Assembly (NCBI GenBank): GCA_038154405.1
Contig: JAYPXF010000004.1
Coordinates: forward strand, 33,575 to 68,959
Length of the DNA stretch: 35,385 nt
From: Verrucomicrobiales bacterium
GTDB lineage: Bacteria > Verrucomicrobiota > Verrucomicrobiia > Limisphaerales > JAYPXF01
Direction: 5' to 3'
In this document: positions 1 through 7,021 of the stretch, in pieces
How positions within the stretch are numbered: position 1 is the first letter of the stretch
Layout: every line of letters starts with the position of its first letter
Notes under the pieces: model-generated
What the model saw: only the letters and a program-made list of their open reading frames with translations
Told to the model about the DNA's origin: nothing
Database searches by the model: none
Position numbers and translations under genes: made by a program

Positions 1-891
1 ATCCTTGCTCTTGGCCACCAATTCCTGTTCGGCCGTGGTCTTTTGTTCCAAGAGACGCGAAAGATTCACCTCCGACGGTTTCACGGTGAGAATCGCATTC
101 TGCAATTGAACGGCGTCCAGCTTCCGCAGCTCGTCCAGCTGGGTCTTCTTCTGAGCGTATTGAGCGCTGAACTCGATGTTCTGAAACTCCAAGGCCCGCA
201 GACGCTCGGTATCCAAGGTCATCGCCACCTGGCCGGGACTCTCCATGACCACGTCAATTCCGGTTTCCTTGCGGACCTGCGCCACTTCGGCAGCCACGTT
301 GGTGACCACCTGATTCTGCTCCGCAAGTTTCTCCTCCAGCTTTTCAATACCGGTAGCCACCATCAGCTGCCGCTGTCGATCCCGGTTTGACGTGTAGATC
401 TTGGCAATGTTGTTGGCGATTTCAGCAGCCTCTTTCTTTTCCCGGCTGTAAACCTCCAACTCAATTATGCTGGTATTGCGCACCTGATTGGGCTTGATCG
501 ATTTTTCGAGCAACATCTTGGCCTGCTGCCGCGTCAATGGCGCGCCCCCCGCCCGGGCACTCCATACCTTCACGAGATCCATTTCTTCGATGACCGGATA
601 CAACACCTCGGCGGACAGCAATCGCTCGAACTGCGTCAGTATGAAATACGGATCATAATCGTTGCGCACCGTCGCCTGTCCGATCTCGGGAACATCACCC
701 GCATCTTTTCTCACCTCCATCCGCACCGTGCTCTTGTACTGCTTGGGCATCAGGTAGGTCAGAAACGTCGCCGCTAGCGCTACGACGATGAAGTTCAGGA
801 AGATGATGCCTTTGCGCAGTCGGATGATCCGCCAGTAATCCAAGAAGTGCAGCTGATTGTCCTCAGCCTGCTGATTGGTCGTTGGTTGCAT
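1..891 (-). CDS. Wzc/GumC-type polysaccharide co-polymerase (chain-length determinant, probably tyrosine autokinase); 5' part only, continues beyond the left edge
   Basis: Absent from the ORF track; translated by hand from ATG at 891: MQPTTNQQAEDNQLHFLDYWRIIRLRKGIIFLNFIVVALAATFLTYLMPKQYKSTVRMEV...YDPYFILTQFERLLSAEVL...RNTSIIELEVYSREKKEAAEIANNIAKIY, then coiled coil, open to position 1. Wzz-like N-terminus (L+DYW+I++R, TM helix, P+Y+S). The kinase domain is not visible in the window. Confidence 0.85.
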   Translation of the reverse strand, partial: MQPTTNQQAEDNQLHFLDYWRIIRLRKGIIFLNFIVVALAATFLTYLMPKQYKSTVRMEVRKDAGDVPEIGQATVRNDYDPYFILTQFERLLSAEVLYPVIEEMDLVKVWSARAGGAPLTRQQAKMLLEKSIKPNQVRNTSIIELEVYSREKKEAAEIANNIAKIYTSNRDRQRQLMVATGIEKLEEKLAEQNQVVTNVAAEVAQVRKETGIDVVMESPGQVAMTLDTERLRALEFQNIEFSAQYAQKKTQLDELRKLDAVQLQNAILTVKPSEVNLSRLLEQKTTAEQELVAKSKD

Positions 892-914
892 GTTCGTCTA
901 AAACGTGTGCGCCG

Positions 915-951
915 AAAAAATATGGAGGCCGGGAGCAAACCCAGCCTCCAT
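915..951 (-). terminator. Intrinsic (Rho-independent) terminator downstream of the beta-barrel gene
   Basis: Minus strand reads ATGGAGGCTGGG-TTTGCT-CCCGGCCTCCAT-ATTTTTT: 12-bp stem with one G:U pair, 6-nt loop and a U tract, about 30 nt after the beta-barrel stop. Confidence 0.75.
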
Positions 952-981
952 TCGATGGTCAGGTAACTGCCAAATCTCCGC

Positions 982-2250
982 TTAAAATTGATAGTTCACA
1001 CCCAGGAAGGTGCGATGACGGGTGAAACTGCGCCCGCCCAAATCGGAATCCAGTCGATCCAGTGAATAGCCGGTCTCAGCATCCAACGATCCCGGCAGGA
1101 TTTCATACCGGAACGTGAGTCCGCCCGTGTAGAGCTGATCGTTCAGCCCGTCGGCCGTGCCACCCGCAAACGCGGTGTTCTGAATCTGAAAAACAAGGCT
1201 GCCGAACAACGGCCCTGCCACCCGACGATCAAAGGAACCAAACACCGTGGTGACCTGGGAGTCGGTCGTGGTCAGACCCGGGTTCGTCGCATTGAAGGCG
1301 ACGTCGGTCCCGGCACGCTCATGCTTCACGCCCAAGGTGGCCGAACTGTCCTCGGTGAACTGATATTCCGCCTTGGATTCGACCCACGGATTGACCTGGC
1401 TCTGGCGCGAACTCGTATGCGCATTGGGATATTCGCTCAATTCCACACCCACATTTGCCCGCACGCGGAAATCTTCCGTGAACGAATGACTGGCTCCGAC
1501 GTAGATGTGGTGGTAGCGGCGATCACGTTCTTCCGCAAGAATGGTGCGAGTTGCTCCCGATGCCACGTTTGCCAAAGGATCGTCACTCGTCATGGAGTCG
1601 TTCCCGAACGTGTAGCCAAAGGTCCCCGTAGTCGCATCGGTGAAAACGGTATCCACCGCAAACTTCAACTTATGCCCCACCATGTCCAACAACGCAGACC
1701 GTAGACCCACGCCATCTTGCTGAAAATCCGCCACGGAATTCTCATAGGTCAAACGAGCCTTCTCCGTCTCACTCACGTCGTGAGAAATGATGGCGCTCAC
1801 GTTGTTGCGCACGTAACTGCCCTGCGTTCTCACAGGCGCGATGACCAGGCCGCCGGGCCCGTTCACACCAGGCTCCTGGGCATAGGAAAAGCGGTTGACC
1901 AGCTGGATGTTCCAGTCATCGGCAAACTGGTTTTGGAGCTGCAGGTTGATGAGATGCTGATTGTCCGTCTTGTTGTTGGAGCGTCCTTCGAAGAATCGCA
2001 GACGATAATCGTACTCCACCTGATAACGTGTGGGCCCCTGTTGAGCGTTATAAGTACCGACCGGATTGACATCGATGCCGAAACTGTCGTCTTTTGAGGG
2101 GTTGTTGCTGTTCAGCGTGCCGTAGTTGTCATCATAAAAGGTTCGAAGCTTGGCCTTCAGGCTCCAAGGCTTCTCCTCCTGAGCCATGCCCGTGCAAAGA
2201 CCGAGCACTCCAACTCCAACGATGCCAGCCGAGGTAAAAACGCGTTTCAT
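982..2250 (-). CDS. Outer-membrane beta-barrel protein, polysaccharide-export associated
   Basis: The likely start is ATG 2250 (MKRVFTSAGIVGVGVLGLCTGMAQEE, a Sec signal peptide). Alternating amphipathic beta-strands, C-terminal beta-signal GVNYQF, and position directly upstream of the Wzc-like gene. Confidence 0.75.
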   Translation of the reverse strand: MKRVFTSAGIVGVGVLGLCTGMAQEEKPWSLKAKLRTFYDDNYGTLNSNNPSKDDSFGIDVNPVGTYNAQQGPTRYQVEYDYRLRFFEGRSNNKTDNQHLINLQLQNQFADDWNIQLVNRFSYAQEPGVNGPGGLVIAPVRTQGSYVRNNVSAIISHDVSETEKARLTYENSVADFQQDGVGLRSALLDMVGHKLKFAVDTVFTDATTGTFGYTFGNDSMTSDDPLANVASGATRTILAEERDRRYHHIYVGASHSFTEDFRVRANVGVELSEYPNAHTSSRQSQVNPWVESKAEYQFTEDSSATLGVKHERAGTDVAFNATNPGLTTTDSQVTTVFGSFDRRVAGPLFGSLVFQIQNTAFAGGTADGLNDQLYTGGLTFRYEILPGSLDAETGYSLDRLDSDLGGRSFTRHRTFLGVNYQF

Positions 2251-2290
2251 AAGAAAAATTCCGCCAAATTCTTTTGATTTAGGCCGTCGT

Positions 2291-2319
2291 TTTCTATGCG
2301 GATCACCTCGGACTGTCAA
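2291..2319 (-). promoter_or_regulatory. Putative sigma-70 promoter for the beta-barrel/wzc genes
   Basis: Minus strand TTGACA (2319-2314), 17-nt spacer, TAGAAA (2296-2291), about 40 nt upstream of ATG 2250. Confidence 0.55.
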
Positions 2320-2358
2320 TTCGATAGTTGGGTTTTCACGTGTCTGCCACACAAGCAA

Positions 2359-4188
2359 TTATGGCTTTTTTTCCGGGCTTTTTTCTTCGTTTTTCGCGGC
2401 GGCGGGAGGTGCCGTGCGGACCGTCTTCCAGCGTGGCCGGTCAGCGAGGAAGAGTTGATATGGAAAACCCTCGGCAAAAGCGTGTTCCAGGGGAAATCCG
2501 GGCGGAATCTCCTCATTAACGACGGCTTCCGCCACAAAGCGTCCGACCGCCGGGTCGTTCCCCTGCAATTGCCCGGTCACCAGCTTCTGATCCAGAGTCA
2601 GGGAGGTGAGATAGACGGCATTGACCGGCTTGCGACGATAAAGCTCGATGAAGCCGGGACCGAAGCTGGCCGGCATCCAGACGCTTTGCCGGTCGCCGTA
2701 CCAGGACATCGCCCACGGCACATCGCTCACCGTGAGCTCGCCTTCATCCATCCAGTCGCCGCGTTCTTGGATGACGGGTGGGTAATACGGCGGGTAGGCG
2801 AAGCGGTTGGCTTCCCCGTTGGTGAGTTTGACTGCGAGCGGCAGACTCATGACCAATACAAACCCGGGCGCAAGGATTCGTTGCGTGAACAATGGGGACA
2901 TCTCGGACTGGTCTATCACCACGGCAAACATCCCCGCACCAAGCATGAACACCAGCGGCGCCAGGGCGACCAGCAGGTTGTCCGAATTCACCTCCGGCAC
3001 CAGTTGCCCCCAGTACGTCCGCCCCAGTGTTTGGACCATCAGCAACAGGAAAAGCGATCCCGTGACCCACCAACGAAGCCGCGCGATGGAGGGATTGCGG
3101 AACGGCACCAGCAACCCGACCAGGAAAAATGCCACCACCCAATTGCCACCAAAACCCGGCAGATCCTTCTGCAAAGCGGCGGGCAGATGTTCGTCAAGTT
3201 TCGCCCAGTATTCCCCCAGGCCCACCTGGCGGACATCGCGACGCGAACCCGGATCCTCCGGATTCATCAACCGCTCCACCGTGTCGCCGGGGAAGCGGAC
3301 CGTGAGCTGATGCACACGCATGCCGGCCGCTCCGACCACCGACTCGGTCAGCGCGTAGTTGCGCGCCAGCCAGGGCGTCATCGTGATCAGAAATCCGGCC
3401 AACGCGACAAAACCCAACACCGCGCCGCGCGCATGAAAACAGGCGCTGAAGAAACCGATGACGGGAATGATCAACCAGGCCATCGAATATCGTGTCAAAC
3501 CCGACGCCCCCACCAGCACACCGGCGATGGCCGCCATCACGAGCAACCACATCATGGAGGTTTCCTCACTCTCCCGCGCCCGCCGTTCCGCATCGACCAT
3601 TACCAGCGCCAAGGCCACGCAAAGACACATCAACAAGCAGGTGGACAAGCCCGATACACTGAAACGCCACAGCAGATCCGTCCCCGCCAACAAACCGGCC
3701 GTGATCCAGGCGACGAAGTCGTCGAACAACGAACGCGCCAGCCACCAGGTCAGCAGAATGGCGACGATGAACCAGAACTGATTGAACCACGCGATGCGTC
3801 GCTCCGGTTGGTAGGATTCGAATTCCTCGTCCTGATCGATGTCATAGTCAAATCCTCCGACTCGCATCCACAACGACAGAAGCCACGGATACAATGGGGC
3901 GTTCGCCACATCGGGATGCGGCTCGTCGAGCAGGAGCTTCCCGGTCTTGCGCTCCACCATGAACAACGCGGCCGGTCGCACAAACTTCGTGGTGAACCCC
4001 TTGCCTTCCGCCAACTGCCGCGCGACCTGCGCCTGATCCATCGCTTCGGGATGTTCGAAATGCCTGAAGCCGCGAAAGTTGTAGACGGTCGCCAAAGCCA
4101 CGAGCCCGAGGATGAACACCGCCCAGAGAATCCAGCGCGAGCCGGCGCCTTCTTCAAAGGTGTGGATCCATTCCTGAAACGTACGCAT
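2359..4188 (-). CDS. GT-C fold multi-pass membrane glycosyltransferase (GT39/ArnT/PMT-like)
   Basis: 609 aa with many TM segments, an acidic motif in the first external loop (FEHPEAMDQAQVARQL), a PLYPWLL motif, a GLTRY motif after the mid TM helices, and a C-terminal soluble domain (VSDVPWAMSWYGDR). Confidence 0.65.
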   Translation of the reverse strand: MRTFQEWIHTFEEGAGSRWILWAVFILGLVALATVYNFRGFRHFEHPEAMDQAQVARQLAEGKGFTTKFVRPAALFMVERKTGKLLLDEPHPDVANAPLYPWLLSLWMRVGGFDYDIDQDEEFESYQPERRIAWFNQFWFIVAILLTWWLARSLFDDFVAWITAGLLAGTDLLWRFSVSGLSTCLLMCLCVALALVMVDAERRARESEETSMMWLLVMAAIAGVLVGASGLTRYSMAWLIIPVIGFFSACFHARGAVLGFVALAGFLITMTPWLARNYALTESVVGAAGMRVHQLTVRFPGDTVERLMNPEDPGSRRDVRQVGLGEYWAKLDEHLPAALQKDLPGFGGNWVVAFFLVGLLVPFRNPSIARLRWWVTGSLFLLLMVQTLGRTYWGQLVPEVNSDNLLVALAPLVFMLGAGMFAVVIDQSEMSPLFTQRILAPGFVLVMSLPLAVKLTNGEANRFAYPPYYPPVIQERGDWMDEGELTVSDVPWAMSWYGDRQSVWMPASFGPGFIELYRRKPVNAVYLTSLTLDQKLVTGQLQGNDPAVGRFVAEAVVNEEIPPGFPLEHAFAEGFPYQLFLADRPRWKTVRTAPPAAAKNEEKSPEKKP

Positions 4189-4232
4189 GGCTCGACGGAA
4201 ACGACTGGCGCGGACAACAAATCGCGGGCGCC

Positions 4233-5603
4233 TTAAAACCCCTCCAAATGGTAGGTGTGCAGCTTGCGATGAAGGGTCCGCCGGCTGATGCCCAGTTTAT
4301 TGGCCGCCGAAGTGCGATTGCCGCCACACTCCTTCAACGCCTTGATGATAAGTTCCTTCTCCGCGTCCTTGACCGTTATGTCCGCAGACAGCGCCGGCGC
4401 GGCCGTCACGGGTGAAAGCGCACTCACGCCCGTTCGCACGTTGGCGGGCAGATCGCGCAAGGTCACGGTTTCACTACGGCAGAACACCACCGCGTGTTCC
4501 ATGGCCGCGCGCAGTTCGCGCACGTTCCCCGGCCAGTGATAATGCAGCATCACTTCCAGCGCCTCGGCCGACAGCCCATCAATCGATTTGCCGTTCACCT
4601 TGGCAAACTCCTTCAGAAACGCTTGCGCGAGCAGCGGCACATCTCCGTCGCGATCCCGCAGCGGCGGCAACGTGATTGGCACCACCATCAAGCGGTAATA
4701 AAGATCTTCCCGGAATTCACCCTCCTTGACCCGGTTCTCCAGATTCTTGTTCGTCGCGGAAATCAGGCGGACGTCCGACTTGATCGTCTTGCTCGAACCG
4801 AGCCGTTCAAAGCTGCGTTCGCCCAGCATACGCAGGAGCTTGATCTGCACCGAGGCGTCAATCTCGCCGATCTCATCCAGAAACAACGTGCCGCCGTTGG
4901 CCTGTTCGAAGCGGCCGATGCGGCGTTCACTGGCCCCGGTGAAGGCACCTTTCTCGTGTCCGAACAATTCGCTTTCCAGAAGCGTTGGAGCCAATGCCGC
5001 GCAATGAACCGTCACCATCGGCTTCTTTGCCCGCCGGCTCAGCTGATGGATCGCCTTGGCCACCATCTCCTTGCCTGTCCCGGTCTCGCCGAGCAGCAGC
5101 ACAGTCGCCTCCGTCGGCGCCACCTGCTGGATCGTCTCAAAGACCTCCTTCATTGCCGGTGATTCGCCAACCAGGTTCTCCATGCCAAACTTGGTGCTGA
5201 GCTCGCGCTTCAGTTCGACGTTCTCCTCCTCGAGGTGCTGACCTTTGCGTGCCCGCGCAATCCGGATCTCCAGTTCATCCAATTGCATCCGCCCCTTGGC
5301 GATGTAGTCGTCGGCTCCCTTCTTCATCGCTTCGACCGCGACATCTTCCGAACCGTAGGCGGTCATCAGGATGCACACGGGGGGGCGATTGGAGGCCTTG
5401 GCCCGATTGATGAGTTCCATGCCGTCCAGACCGGGCATGCGCAGATCCGTCAGCAACACCTGAAAGTTCTCCTGCTCCAACAGTCGGACCGCCGTCTCCG
5501 CGTCCTCCGCCACGTAGACGTCATAACGATCCTCCAATGCTGCGCGCAGCCCGTCCCGTGTGGGCTTCTCGTCATCAACTATCAACAACTGCGGCTGATC
5601 CAT
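4233..5603 (-). CDS. Sigma-54-dependent response regulator (NtrC/AtoC family; REC-AAA+-Fis HTH)
   Basis: REC domain (LIVDDE, TDLRMP), Walker A GETGTGKE, ESELFGHEKGAFTGA, Walker B LFLDEIGE, WPGNVREL and HTH GNRTSAANKLGISRRTLHRKL. Confidence 0.95.
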   Translation of the reverse strand: MDQPQLLIVDDEKPTRDGLRAALEDRYDVYVAEDAETAVRLLEQENFQVLLTDLRMPGLDGMELINRAKASNRPPVCILMTAYGSEDVAVEAMKKGADDYIAKGRMQLDELEIRIARARKGQHLEEENVELKRELSTKFGMENLVGESPAMKEVFETIQQVAPTEATVLLLGETGTGKEMVAKAIHQLSRRAKKPMVTVHCAALAPTLLESELFGHEKGAFTGASERRIGRFEQANGGTLFLDEIGEIDASVQIKLLRMLGERSFERLGSSKTIKSDVRLISATNKNLENRVKEGEFREDLYYRLMVVPITLPPLRDRDGDVPLLAQAFLKEFAKVNGKSIDGLSAEALEVMLHYHWPGNVRELRAAMEHAVVFCRSETVTLRDLPANVRTGVSALSPVTAAPALSADITVKDAEKELIIKALKECGGNRTSAANKLGISRRTLHRKLHTYHLEGF

Positions 5604-5632
5604 GAGTTTTGCTTTGAAAACCGATCGGATGT

Positions 5633-6826
5633 TTAGTTTTCCGGCGCGGCGGCGGCGAGCAATTTCGGTCGCCGCTCATGCAGCGGCAGCCAGACCTTAA
5701 CCCGCGTGCCCTTGCCGGGTTCGCTCTGGACGCCGATCTGTCCGCCATGCTCGCGCACGATCCGCTGCACTATCATCAACCCCAGACCACTGCCTTTGGT
5801 TTTGGTGGTGAAGAAAGGTTCGAAGATCCGGTTGATCTTTTCCTGGCTGATCCCGGCGCCGGTGTCACCGACCGTCACCCACACCCCATCCGTGCCTTCT
5901 CCCGTGGCCAAAGTCAGGCAACCGCCCGTCGTCATCACCTGCATGGCGTTCTTGATCAGATTCACGAAGACCTGCTTGATCTGCGCCGGATCCATCGGAA
6001 CGGCCGGCAGAGTCGCACTCAGTTTCGCCTCCAAGTTGAGGCCGCGATTCTCCAATTCCGGCAACAACAGCTTCAAGGTGTCTTGGGCGACATCGTTCAG
6101 CGAAACCGGCTGAAGCTTGGGCTCGGTCGGGCGGATGGCCTGCAGGAACTGTGAAACGATGTAATCCAACCGGTCGATCTCGCCTTTCGCCACACCCAGA
6201 AATCCGCGCATCTTCTCCACGCTCGCCGGGACATCCGGGTCCGGATTGTCGAGCTTGTTCAGTTCGCGCTCCAGCAACTGCAGGTGAATATGCAGGGCGT
6301 TCAGCGGATTGCCGATCTCATGCGCAACACTTGCCGCGAGCAGTGTCAACGCCTGAAGCCGCTCACTTTCGATCGCCTCAAAGGTCTTTTTCCGGGCTTC
6401 GGTGACATCGTGAATGATCAGGGCCACACCGCCTTCGGCCCCGGCTTCCCCGACCAGCGGAGTGGAATAGAGTCGCAGGAAACGCGGTCGTGGCCAGTCG
6501 ACCTCGAATTCCCGGGTCGCCACACGGCCCGCCTCGGATTCCTCTCCCAACAGTTCGTCCCATTCCAGTGAAGGCAGCAGATCCGTCACCGCCGCGCCTT
6601 CCGCCACATCGGGTTTGAGCCCCAGCAGCATGGTCACGGCACGGTTCAGGTAAAGCACCTTGCCGGCGGCATCGATCACGAGCACCCCGTCCTCGACCGT
6701 GTTAAAGAGAGTTTCGAGGAATTCCCGCTCGCGCGCGAGGCGCTCGATCACCGCCTGCAATTCCTTCTTCCCCAGCCGGTCAATCCGGCCGAGCACCTTG
6801 TCTAGGAAACTGGACTTTTCCGCCAT
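5633..6826 (-). CDS. Cytoplasmic PAS-domain sensor histidine kinase (NtrB-like)
   Basis: The likely start is ATG 6826 (MAEKSSFLDK). PAS domain (DGVLVIDAAGKVLYLN), H-box VAHEIGNPL, N-box QVFVNLIKNA, G1 DTGAGI, F-box FEPFFTTK, G2 GSGLGL, and no TM segment. Adjacent to the regulator. Confidence 0.93.
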   Translation of the reverse strand: MAEKSSFLDKVLGRIDRLGKKELQAVIERLAREREFLETLFNTVEDGVLVIDAAGKVLYLNRAVTMLLGLKPDVAEGAAVTDLLPSLEWDELLGEESEAGRVATREFEVDWPRPRFLRLYSTPLVGEAGAEGGVALIIHDVTEARKKTFEAIESERLQALTLLAASVAHEIGNPLNALHIHLQLLERELNKLDNPDPDVPASVEKMRGFLGVAKGEIDRLDYIVSQFLQAIRPTEPKLQPVSLNDVAQDTLKLLLPELENRGLNLEAKLSATLPAVPMDPAQIKQVFVNLIKNAMQVMTTGGCLTLATGEGTDGVWVTVGDTGAGISQEKINRIFEPFFTTKTKGSGLGLMIVQRIVREHGGQIGVQSEPGKGTRVKVWLPLHERRPKLLAAAAPEN

Positions 6827-6982
6827 AGGGAAGTGGCCGTCCACCGGCCGATTGATCCTAGGATTTAGGCCCGTCTCAAGGCAAGAAACCACCGCCTTCA
6901 TCACCACCGTTTGAGTCGCCTTTTCGCTCCAAAATCCGTGGTTTTAAGGGCTCCAAGCCCCTTGTTTACAAGGAGTTTTGGA

Positions 6983-7011
6983 TTGCATTGGCACGGTGAC
7001 AAAAATATCAA
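6983..7011 (+). promoter_or_regulatory. Possible sigma-70 promoter for the Sel1-repeat gene
   Basis: TTGCAT-N17-TATCAA ending 10 nt before ATG 7022, which implies a very short leader. Confidence 0.35.
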
Positions 7012-7021
7012 TACCCCTGCG

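Noticed and set aside
43-390. 115-aa plus-strand ORF at the window start
   Set aside because: It is antisense to the Wzc-like frame (1-891, minus), which has clear family motifs.
2276-2285. GATTTAGGCC shared by the beta-barrel and kinase upstream regions (also 6862-6871)
   Set aside because: A single 10-bp non-palindromic match at different positions relative to the putative promoters cannot be distinguished from chance.
2296-4236. 646-aa plus-strand ORF, and similar long antisense ORFs at 7568-9061, 14100-15359, 15807-17681, 18973-19992 and 21178-22167
   Set aside because: They mirror well-supported genes on the opposite strand and have no recognisable motifs. They are expected shadow ORFs from high-GC codon bias.
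6989-7004. TGGCACG resembling a sigma-54 -24 box next to a sigma-54 activator locus
   Set aside because: The -12 TTGC is absent at the required spacing (TGGCAC-GGTGA-CAAA).
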